Assembly: GCF_964188315.1 (NCBI RefSeq)
Contig: NC_135660.1
Span: 42,036,001-42,100,000 of the forward strand
Source: Podarcis muralis
Lineage: Eukaryota
Reading direction: 5' to 3'
Length of the DNA: 64,000 nucleotides
The notes under the pieces are model-generated. The model saw nothing but the letters and a program-made list of their open reading frames with translations, was not told where the DNA came from and did not search any database. This document shows, in pieces, positions 1 through 10,425 of this stretch (positions are counted from its first letter, which is position 1; every line of letters begins with the position of its first letter). The translations under genes and the position numbers were made by a program.

Positions 1-404
1 CAATCTTGGGCATCTCTTTCCTATAACTTCAAATCTGAATAATGACAACTAACTTCAGAGTTGCCGCAAAACTAACAGTGCAATCCTAACCATGGCTTGC
101 CTGGACCCTATATACTAAAGGGGCATGTAGTAACATGCTCTTAACTTTTAGATGAAAGAATGCAGACTCCCATAAAGAAAGAGATTTGAGTTCACTGGCT
201 ACAACTCAGCGAGTCATATGATGGATAGGTTGGCCATCAGGCTCCAATGCCTTGTGCAAAATGCTGACGAAGTGCCTACTGGCATGGTCAGCTTTGGGTG
301 GGGAAGTAATGGGGAAAAGGAGAACTTGCCCTTGGATTCCAGCTGCTTCTCCCTATCTAAGTTGCAGGTCTCAAAAAAATGAGCCGCTTTCTGAATTCAC
401 AGCA

Positions 405-830
405 CTCTGATAAAGTGTTATGTCCTGATAAAACATCGATCAGAGCAGTTAACCGTCAGTCCCTGGCATAGGAAAATTCTAATGTCTTCTAAAATTTGAC
501 TTGCAAATCCTTGTCTGTACAGACACGCTGAAGTAAAACAATATGTTAATAAAAAAACCTATTTTTAAAAAATAATAGTAATCAAAATCCATTATTTCTT
601 AAACAAAAGGATGCACCAGTAGTGTGTCTTCCTCATAAGTAGGTAATAAATGTAGTAAATCTGAAGTAACGGTTGCATTTAGTTGTGAATCAATATGTTT
701 TAATAGCTCTATCGAGCAGCAAAAACACCCATTTCTTGGGGAAAATAACTGTACAAATGGAAAAGTTGATTAAAATCAATGATTTAAAAATGAGGCTTCT
801 TGCCTGGTGATTGAAATCGATCCACTGTCC
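405..830 (-). mobile_element. Probable degraded hAT-like DNA transposon end fragment
   Basis: AT-rich tract ending in gattgaaatcgatccactgtcctgg, resembling the ...aaatccaccctg termini of reptile hAT elements. Family recalled, not searched. Confidence 0.35.
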
Positions 831-2012
831 TGGAAGGAGGATGCATACTTTGCGGCATGGGCAGGAAAGTCATGTAAATGCTTAGTAACTCTTCCTCCTG
901 GAGCCACACTCCCAACTAGCAAGGGTGTGCAATGCCCCCAAAGGGTGAACGGCAGTAGTGCAGTAAGGCACCTTGGAAGGTAGCTAATCTAGAGGAGGAG
1001 TCAGCACTGCTCTCCCAGAGTTTCTTAAAAGTGGGGTCACCATTATCTTCCACACGCACAACGTTACTGTGCAATTATATTTCCCACAGTCATGACACAA
1101 TTCTTGCCCGACAGCAATGATGAAATGGGTAGCACCTGCAATATCATATGGACTATCCTTAAATATAGTCCCAACCTTCCCCCTCAACCACTAAGATTTG
1201 ACACAAATGCCAATGTTACTGGCCAACTGTGTAATGCATTTGTTAGAATGCTGTGGGCGGAATCTGTGATAGGGTCCATTTGGGAAGACACTGTCTGCCC
1301 ACCCCCCAAAAAAGCCTCCATGACACACACTGGCCTGTGCTAGTGCCTGTGCAGCTGTTTACTTAAACATTAAAAGATCAACTCTGTGCAGTTGTGCACA
1401 GCTCTTCAGCTGCACAAGTGCATGGTTGAAGAAGAAGCAGAAGAAGAAATGGATTATTGTGCCCTACTGGGCACAGCTTCAGAGCTATGTAGTTGTGCAC
1501 CTGAAATATCCTTGTGTAAAAAAAACACACACACAAATGATTGGGAGAAATAAAAACTCAAAAGGAAAAATCAGCTGGTAAAAAATAGATGAAAAAGTCA
1601 TTGTAAGTGAAGAGGCTGAAATCATAGAAGACAAAAGAAGGGGAATGGTGGAATACCACACAAATTGTGACACAGAAGGGTCACTAAATTAGTTCTGCGG
1701 GCTAAATTGCTCCCACTATTCAGGGTAACAATTGCACATTACTTATCTACAATGGAAATATCCACACAAAATACAGAAAAATGGCTACAAAAATCAAACA
1801 AGAGAAAAACACAATGAAGAGGTAGAAATCTCGATCTTGCAACGGGTTGACTATTAAGCCCAGTGGATTCAGAACAACTGCAATATTCACCATCAAGAAA
1901 ATAATGTGTAGTGTGAACAAGAAACCCAAGCAGCATCCCTCCAATCACATACTTCAAAGGGATCCACCTACGGGTCAACACATTTTCTCCATCCTTCCCT
2001 AAGAGCACTTAC

Positions 2013-3487
2013 AAGCCCTTCACTTCAGCCACAGCCTCATGTCGTGCAAGCTGAACTTTCCTCACATCTTCACGCCGCACACTGTGGTACCTACGACGTG
2101 CCAGCTCTTCTTCACTCAGACGGATGCGGCATGTCTCCTGCAGGTAGCCCAGCAAGGCTGGCACTGAGACCAGTAGGACGCAAAGCCCATACCACGCAGC
2201 TGCAATGAAAGGTGGAATAGATGCAGAGATCATTTTACCACCCCACTGTTTGGCCAGTCACAACACACCTGTACCACTATCACCTATAGCTCAGTGGTAG
2301 AGCGTTTGCTTTGAACAGAGAAGTTCCCAGTTTCAATCCCTGGTATCTCCAGGTAGGACGGGGAATGTCTTCTTTCTCAACACCTGGAAAATTGCTGCCA
2401 GTCACTTTCAACAACGAGCTTGACATACCAATAGTCTGACTTGATATAAGGCAGCTTCCTATGTACTACCCCATAAACCACCTGAAAGGAGGCCCATCTG
2501 CCTGCCAGTCACTCCATTTCCTTACTACCTCTCACAGTTGGTACTGCTAGCCCTCATAATCTGCCCCCAATAACACATTCCATTTCCCACAGGATCAATC
2601 CCCCAAGGCTCACATCATACCTGAAAGGAGGCCTATTGGGTCCCCAGCACAAAGGTCCAACATTTCTCACCTTCACTAAGAGTTAGCAGCAGAAAGTTGA
2701 GGCCCAGGCAAGTAAGGAGGGAGCAGAGAGGCATCTGCCAGCTGTGAAACATACATGATAAAGCATTTATTGCCACTCCAAAAGGATATTTAGCTGTACA
2801 AATGAGGTATGAACATGAGAATGGTGGCGATGGAAAGGGCAAGCCTAAGTTTAAGTCTCAGGTCATGGAGTACATTAACTTGCCTTGAGCACTGAAAAAA
2901 CGGTATATACCGTAAATAAGAAATCAAATTAGATTGAATGAAGACAAAAGCAAGGTAAGGGTAGGGTATTTTTTTAAATGGGGGGATGTTGCAATCAGCC
3001 ATAGACACTAGCCAAGCCACAAATGCAGCAGCATATCTTCTTTAAGCCCAACTGCACACAGTGTTTCCCATGCTGAATACTTGGTATCTCTTAGATCAAG
3101 TAAAATTAAGTATTTGGCCAGGAGGACTCATCTTCTCTCTTTTTTCTCCCACTTGCAAAAGTGAGACTTCCAAAGAGCCTGTGTTTTTCTGCCCTCCAAC
3201 ATGGCAGGAGACAACAAGTATTTTTTTCTCTAGCTCCACCACAACCATCACCCACAAGGTGCAACTAAGTAGTTGGGCACCAACCTGAGGAGGAACCACA
3301 CCCCTTCCGCAATATCCTGCAGTGGTTCCAAGTACAGCTCCAGTCGCTTGTAGGATACTACTAGATTGAAGAGATCCAAGGAAGGGGGCTTGGATGGCAA
3401 AGGAGAAACTGGTTGGGAATCGGAAGCCGTGGGGCTGTCCAGTCCATTCCCTGTGGTCGCTCCACTCTCACGCTCTGGAACCTGCAT
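2013..3487 (-). CDS. ZFYVE27: Protrudin (zinc finger FYVE-type containing 27), 5' part; coding exons 3487-3285, 2741-2671, 2199-2013; gene continues beyond window start
   Basis: Spliced translation MQVPERESG...LDLFNLVVSYKRLELYLEPLQDIAEGVWFLL/SWQMPLCSLLTCLGLNFLLLTLSE/AAWYGLCVLLVSVPALLGYLQETC...AVAEVKG matches the protrudin N-terminus as recalled. All junctions are GT-AG; exon lengths 203/71/187 keep frame. The acceptor AG lies 1 nt upstream of the ATG. Confidence 0.96.
2284..2466 (+). mobile_element. tRNA-derived SINE (Squam3-like)
   Basis: A box TAGCTCAGTGGTAGAGC, B box GTTTCAATCCC, body ...tgctgccagtc...gacttgatataaggcagcttcctatgt tail. Confidence 0.8.
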
Positions 3488-4419
3488 ACTGTAGATGTGA
3501 AAGTTGAGAGGAATACCAAAAAATGAACAATAAAAATAGTCAACTCTTCCCCACCCCTAGTGTGAAGGAAACAACAGAGATGACCTTTGGGAAGGGCAGT
3601 GCCCACATCCCCCCATGCAAAGGAACTGCATTCACTATGACTGGGCAAGTCATGAGAAACAGAGATACCTACAACAGGTGTCACTTTTGCCCCATTGAGG
3701 CCCCAGAACCTGCATGAAAGGGAGAGTCAACACACAAATTGTCCCAAGAGCTGCAGAGCCATGGGAAAGCTCCTCAAAAGCATCTCCTCCTTTTGCAAAC
3801 AACAACGACTGCAGCCACCTGGGAGTCAGGGTGGGGAAACATCCCCTGTAACCCTATGCCATATATACCAAAAGGCATGCAGACTGTGCTAATTAATCTG
3901 GCCTATTAATTTATTTTATACACCCACAATTGCAAGCACATATTAAAACATATAACCATAAACATGCATCAAAAGCACAGAGAGAATCCATTCTTGTAAT
4001 CCTCTTTAGCTACTCTGGCAGGGTAGGTCCTGGGTGACAAGGAACAAGCAGCCCACTTTAAGTGCTACTCTGAATACAGCATCCAAGAATGTGGGGTGCA
4101 TCTGAGACACAAGAGGAGCACGTTCAGGTGGAGAGAGGAATGACCAGATCATATTCTGCAACTTATTTGATATTGGCAATGTCACTACCTGGGTCACTCC
4201 GGGTGAATCAAAAGGGGGAAAACAAGACAGCATGGGATGCTCCGGCCTGCTAGCTCAGTACTTGGGAGGCAGGCAAAATGTCTTCCTCCAGACAAGGAGG
4301 TTAAAATGACCAGCTTCTTCTCTCTTCCCCCGAGGGGCTCCTGCGCCATGGCAGGCAGAAATCCAGCAGGTGAAGCGCTCTCTATCAGATCCTCCCAGCG
4401 TAGGGTAAGCTTCATCTGC

Positions 4420-5010
4420 TGCACTTCCGCACATCGCGGCGCAGCAGCCCCTTCCCGGAAAAGAAAAGAAAAACGGGAATTCAGCCTTTGACGAGCTGGA
4501 CCCCGGAGGCTCCGGCGGAACAAGCGCTCCGCTTGCGGGGCAGCCACAGAGCTCCGCCGGAGGAGGAGGAGGCGCCGCCGGCTCGTCCCACCTACCTCTA
4601 CACAAGCGGCCCACAAGCCCTACGGCCCCAAATAGGGCGAAAGGGCGGAGCCTCCCCTTCCACGTCCAACCTCGACCTCACCCGTCTGGCCAACACCGCT
4701 GCGGCCGCCGACACTTCCTGGGCAGAAGGACCCGGCTGTGCCTCAGCTCCGCTGCGCAGCTCACGCTTCAGGGAAGCGGCGGCCTAATCCGCCCACCTGA
4801 GGCAGCCGGCCAATCAGAAGCGCGGGAAGCGGCCGCCGCCGCGCGTGTCCTCTGCTGGAAAAGCTGCAGCTCCTATTGGACAAGAGCCTCCCGCCGCCAG
4901 CCTATGGGAGCCTTCGTACTTCTTATTCGCCGCGGGCCGCTTTTTATAGGCTCTGTGATTCGTCCCTTCCTCGTCTCTGAACCGCTTTTTCCGCCAGTCG
5001 TTCTGCCCAC
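4420..5010 (-). promoter_or_regulatory. ZFYVE27: CpG-island promoter and probable non-coding first exon of ZFYVE27
   Basis: CpG-rich; CCAAT at 4810-4814, ATTGG at 4875-4879, ETS-like GGAAG motifs (4712-4720, about 4771, about 4826); minus-strand donor CGG|GTGAGG at 4682/4681 and an alternative GAG|GTAGGT near 4596. Confidence 0.7.
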
Positions 5011-5135
5011 ACTGGCTGGCAGTGGCTTTCTAGGATTTGAGTCAGGGAGCTTTTCCCAGCCCCACCTTGAGATGCCAGGGATTGAACCTGGGACTTTTTG
5101 CATGCAAAGCAGATGCTCTATCGCTGAGCTACGGC
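4997..5135 (-). mobile_element. tRNA-derived SINE (Squam3-like), 3'-truncated
   Basis: Reverse strand reads ggccgtagctcagcgatagagcatctgctttgcatgcaaaaagtcccaggttcaatccctggcatctcc...gggctggg...aagccactgccagcc, the same family as 2284-2466. Confidence 0.8.
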
Positions 5136-5456
5136 CTTTCTGTAATTTGACCTGCCTTGGATGCTATGCACTTTGACCTGGGTGTGGGGATCAACTGCTG
5201 TTCCACCTCAGACAGCAAAATGTCTTGGGCTGACCTGAATCTTCCCAGAGGAACTCGCTGAAGTCCAGAAACTAGCACTAACCGGCCCTGAAGTCTCAAA
5301 AGAGCTTCAGTAGCTCATAATATTCACTGAAGGTTATGGTATCCCAGCGAGCCTATGGCATGGCTTTGTACATGCTCCTGGGAAATGGTGCAGTGACAGG
5401 GTGTGATTTTTGTGATCAGACTTGTGGGGCACAAAGCAGGCTTCCGTGGTCCAAGA

Positions 5457-5568
5457 CATGGCCATAGCCAGGATTTATGTTAGGGAGGGAAGGCAGAACC
5501 TCAGTTAAGTATTTTTATTGATTTATTTGATTTAGGGGGGCGGCTGTTCCGCCCCAGCTATGCTCATG
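5457..5568. mobile_element. hAT-type MITE (family shared with 32666-32789)
   Basis: Termini catggccatagc / gctatgctcatg; 8-bp flanks gtccaaga / gtccaagg (7/8); internal ggcagaacctcagttaa shared with the second copy. Confidence 0.7.
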
Positions 5569-5818
5569 GTCCAAGGGGAGATTCAAGGAGGGAGGAACTG
5601 CAAATTCAAGTATGAAGCTAAAAGCAAAGATCTGCACCAGCAAAAGAATGGGAATGGATTAAACACTTGTAAAATTGGGTAGCCTCAAGCCAGCTATCAA
5701 GGACCTGCAGGAGACAGTACCATACACCAAAAAGAAACCTGATTAATTCTCTGCATAAAGCTGCTGCTAAAATACTTTGACAATACATCCCATCCATTCT
5801 TTTTTGTCAAATGAAATA

Positions 5819-6077
5819 CCGTATTTTTCGCTCTATAAGACGCACCAGACCACAGGACACACCTAGTTTTTGGAGGAGGAAAACAAGAAAAAAAATATTC
5901 TGAATCTCAGAAGCCAGAACAGCAAGAGGGATCGCTGTGCATTGAAAGCAGCAATCCCTCTTGCTGTTCTAACTTCTGGGATAGCTGTACAGCCTGCATT
6001 CGCGCCATAAGACGCACACACATTTCCCCTTACTTTTTAGGAGGGAAAAAGTGAGTCTTATAGAGCAAAAAATACGG
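5819..6077. mobile_element. Tc1/mariner (Tigger/pogo-like) MITE
   Basis: TIRs ccgtatttttcgctctataagac / gtcttatagagcaaaaaatacgg, flanked by TA on both sides; internal inverted repeat agaacagcaagagggat / atccctcttgctgttct. Confidence 0.88.
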
Positions 6078-7126
6078 TAAGTGGTCTACCTTGAATAAAA
6101 ACTAATGCAACATATTTCTGGAGTCCTATGAAATTTCATTCAGGCAAATTCTTCAGGCTGCTTATTACTCTTTACCTTCTAATTGCATATGTACACAAAT
6201 TCTATAAAGTTGCATATAATGGTCCCATTCATACGTTATGCTTTAGGTGCAAAACGGGGACAAAAGGAACTCAAATTAATGTTCATTCTCAACTGCAATT
6301 TCACTCAAAGCCCACAAGGTGGCTGTCCAGATCCGATAACTGATCTCTGCTAAGATGACAACAACAGGAATAGGCAGCTGCTCACACCTCAGTGGGATTC
6401 TGCTTCTGCAAAAATAACCTATCTACAACTTTGAGCTGAGAGCATCTGAATCTACATAAGAATACACTGCCTCCCTCAAGTTATTTCTTTACAATGCGCT
6501 CTCTCTCTCACACACACACTAATGCCAGTCTGCTACTGCTTTCTCCCCACAGTGCTTTTCGGTTTTGTATTCACTGTGTGCATTTATCCAGCATGGCTCT
6601 ACTATTAAACTAGAGGCAGACATTTATGAGCATGTGTTACTGCATGATTACATTGCACAAGTACAGAAGAGGCTTTGGCTGTAGAATTTAGCATCTTGAG
6701 GAGCACAAGGGCCATTGTAAAAAGGACGTTTCGGACTTAAAATTCACAAAGTAGGCTTGAAAACAAGTCTGGTGAAATCTCAGAAAGATTTCCAGTGGTT
6801 TTGGGTGGGGCTTCGCAGGCTTCCTCCTGCCACTAGAAGAGAAGCAAAATATGCCTGAAAGCTTGTTTCACTTTTTTGTGTAGAACCTAGGAACTACTGT
6901 TCTTTGAGGGAACTGGTTTTAAGCACTTCACATTTGCAGTATATGTTTTGTCGCAGTTGAACTAAAGTGCTGCATGGCTAAGGAGTGTTATTGCTCTGAA
7001 GCAAACTTGTTGCTTTGTATGGAAAATGTTCTTGCTGTCTAGCAACAGGAACTGATCAGCACAGTCACAAGTTTTGAAGTGCTTGGGAAAGGAGTTGGAT
7101 CTGGGATTTAGCCAGTTGGCACTTCC

Positions 7127-7151
7127 CGTAGGTAGGTAGGTAGGTAGGTAG
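7127..7151 (+). repeat. (GTAG)n microsatellite
   Basis: gtaggtaggtaggtaggtaggtagg. Confidence 0.9.
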
Positions 7152-9215
7152 GAGGCAGCTCTTGGGAGAACAAGCTTGGTGTATAATGGGTGTCAGAATC
7201 AGGGATGGGATTGTCAGCTTACCTTGTAATGTAGCCAGTTTTCAATACCAGTGGGTGTGTTTACCATCAGAAGGGCATCACACTAAGGCTGCCAGGTTTG
7301 GTAGATTAGTTAGCTTAACTTAGAAAAATGCAGTAATCAGTTAAAATGTGCCCCTGATTAATTGGGTAGCAATTTTTTAAATGAAAGAAATAAACTCATT
7401 GTGGTTATTTGTACTAATGTTACATATAATACCAGGGGTGGCATGCACTATCTTAGAAGACGCAATAAAACGTAAAACTAAACAATAAAAACCATTTTAA
7501 CAAGTTAACAAGAGACAAAAGTTAACCTTTGTTGAAAGGTGTATTATTAATTGCCTGCATAGGCCTGGCAGAATAATAAAAAATTCAGCATGCATTTAAA
7601 AGTTGGCACTTAAAAGTTGAGATACTTCATCCAGGGTTTGAACTTACACATGAGAAACCCATGTTGTTTGGGAATCGGGCTATGGTTCCCAAACAAAACA
7701 CCATGAGTCCTGGCTTCTCCTCCTCTAACTATGCTATCCACAGTGTTCTGATGATTCTCTAGGTGGGAGCAATTTGCTGTCTGTGAGACTGAAATCCCTT
7801 TTCCTGGGGCGCCTGTGGGTTCTCAATGCATGCTTCCTACTGAATTGACCAGGGAACTGGCTGACTGTTGGGATCGGAATGTCAGCCTTTCCATGTCTGG
7901 GCCTGTCTGTTTGTCTAGCAAAAGACGGGTTACTGTGAGTAGGTTGCAAATTGCTCTCGGGGGGGGGGGGGGGGAGTCTGAAGCTTGTGGCTTTATGTAT
8001 TCGACTCTACACTCCTCTTCATTGTGCTACGGTACCTGATGAGGTAGCAACGACCTAGTGCTATCTCTATGGACGACTAAGGTGTTGTATAAGTAGTGGG
8101 AGTGTACAATGATTAGGGCAATACCACGAAATTGTTCTGCCATTGCATTGACATGTGTTGATTGGTGCCTTCCATGTGTGCGTAATGTGAGACATTGATG
8201 TACAATAACCTCAGTTGCTGTTGCTGTGCTACCTTTGGTTTCTGTTTTGTGTTACTCTTTGTGTTACTGTTTTGTTTTCTGCTTTGCTACTGGGAGTATA
8301 GAGGATTGTGGATACAACTTTAGTAGCTGCCAATTGAGTGATTTCTTTAATAAGGCTGTTATCCTGACTGCAACCTCTTGTTCCAGTATTCACAGAATTT
8401 TATTCAGAGAATGACTTTGACTCCAGAAACCTGATCTCTAAGGCTCTCTAAAGCAAAAACAATTGTAGACACCGCTCCAAAAATTGATCCAATAAACAGC
8501 CAACACCTTTCCTGCTTTATACTCCTTCACCTCTCAGCGTTTCCCTCTATCTACACCGAAAAGGGATGCAATGACCTCTTGAGTATCAAACAGCTGAGGG
8601 AGATACAGTGCCCTGTATTTAGGACTACTCATTCTCTGTCTGTTTTGACTCTTAGGCTGCCCTGCTTCTCTATTCTCAAATCCAAAAATTCCCCATTCTT
8701 CTTTAAACTGGCTGGCAGGTCATCAGAAGAGTCATTATGGGTCTGTGGATTCCTGGAAGGGCCAGGATTCAGACCTCATATTGGCTCATAACCAGCTCGT
8801 GCTTGTTTTGAGATGATGAGGGGTCTTACATCATGGACTTCTGCCGCTGCAGCAGCATAGGCAGGTGTGACTCAGAGAACTCCCTATATAGAGAGCACCT
8901 TTTGCCAGAGATGATGGTTGACTGTGAAGTGGATAGATAATCCAAACCAGGGCTGCTGTTCCATTATCTGCTTGTCCAGTCTCATATCCCAATATAGCAA
9001 CTGGAGCATGGAACCAAATAATGCCTCAATGTGGCTCCAGTAAGCTGTTCCTCTCTGTGACGGACAGCAGAGCCAGACCAGAATCTGGTGATGCAGTCCC
9101 TCGGAAATTCCACCAGAGTGCTGCAGCCTCTGCTGATTGACTACAAAGTCAGCTAGCCACAGAGGGGAGAGGAGCAGCACTTTGGAGGGAGAATAAAAGG
9201 AGCAGTTTCTGAGGG

Positions 9216-9314
9216 AGAGAGTTAGACAGGGCTTGATTTGAGATGAGAGATAAGGCTTGATTTGAGTTGAGAGATAGGGTTCAGATTGAGTGGGAGATAG
9301 GGAGTGAGATAGGG
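9216..9314 (+). repeat. Degenerate 24-bp minisatellite
   Basis: Units agagagttagacagggcttgattt / gagatgagagataaggcttgattt / gagttgagagatagggttcagatt plus two partial units. Confidence 0.75.
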
Positions 9315-10337
9315 ATTCCAAACTTCCACCTACTTAAAATAAATCATTTCAAGAGTAATGAATGCCCTGCATTTGTAGGAAACCACATACTTTATCAACC
9401 CTTTAGATCAAGGCTGGAGAATCTGTGGCTGTTGCTGAACTACCAAGCTATCAACCCTGACCATCAGCCATACTTTGGCTGGCACTGATGGGACACAAGT
9501 CCAACAACATCTGTCCACACATCCCTGCTTTAGATACATAGAATAACCTTCCATGTTCATGACTGGCTAGCAGCCAGGGCCCTGGTACTGTACCTATAAC
9601 TTACATACAGTATTATGTGACCGTTTCATATTCAAAAGGTCCCTGACGTCATCTTGATAGATGACGATAGCACAGCATCAATGGAATAACTGCCCTTTGC
9701 TTGCTTAAAATGGAGTAACAGAGATAAGAAAATCAATATCTCTGAGTAAATTAGTAGCAAGAGAGTTGTGAAATACACTGCAGCACATCTCCAGGTTTGC
9801 TCTGATGGCTTTCTTAAAACACACACACACATAGCTAGGTTGGTGACAATGAAATTGGTATCTTGTGGTGCCTGGAACACACAGTCAAAGGGCAGGGCAT
9901 GTGATAGGTGTAAGGTTGAGTGAACAAGGATCAGCAGTGAGAAGTAAAAAGGGTCTGGCCCAGGAGAAAAACCTACAACCTTCAAATCCAGAGAGAGAGA
10001 ATAGGAAAAGGGGGAAGATACAGGGGATCTTTTCTATTCTGATGCTGCAGGGAGCCATAAAATAGGTGATGGATATCACAGTTATGCTTTGTTTATGAAT
10101 GTCCCTATGGTATTCATTAGCCACTTTTGTCAGATTGAATGCTGAGCTAGATAAAGCATTGGTCTCACTATTTTGGAGAAAAATACACACCATAAATTTA
10201 GGTTTGTGTAATTAAAGGGACCTGGCACAACAAATTCACTTTAAAAAAACAAAACTTCTATGGCTAGGAAAGCAACAGGAAAATGCATTAAAAAGTGTGA
10301 GATGATGACTGATGAGAATACATATATGGTGTTATTT

Positions 10338-10425
10338 AAGTTTTACTCAGAGTAGACCCAATAAAATTAATGAACATGGAAAAGTAGGTCCATTAATTCC
10401 AATGGGTCTACTCCGCATAAAACTT
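10338..10425. mobile_element. Palindromic MITE-like element (related copy near 40820-40930)
   Basis: 35-bp arms aagttttactcagagtagacccaataaaattaatg / cattaattccaatgggtctactccgcataaaactt around an 18-nt spacer. Confidence 0.6.

Noticed and set aside
1485-2008. Hydrophobic small ORFs in a ZFYVE27 intron as small membrane proteins or the next protrudin exon
   Set aside because: The hydrophobicity reflects T-rich intronic composition, starts are mostly non-ATG, and none matches the expected next protrudin exon (LIQLEAFL...HWENP), which probably lies before position 1.
4194-4787. Overlapping 84-140 aa ORFs
   Set aside because: Stop-poor frames in the ZFYVE27 CpG island; no protein similarity.
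5060-5135. tRNA gene look-alike (also 2284-2350 and 34372-34445)
   Set aside because: The tRNA-like heads continue directly into SINE bodies and tails and lack a proper acceptor stem; these are SINEs.
8030-8170. Possible hammerhead ribozyme (CTGATGA at 8036-8042, CGAAA at about 8127)
   Set aside because: Stem II does not close properly next to GAAA, no stem III / NUH cleavage triplet lines up with stem I, and the local hairpin sequesters the GA of the core. An Infernal search with Rfam hammerhead models would settle it.
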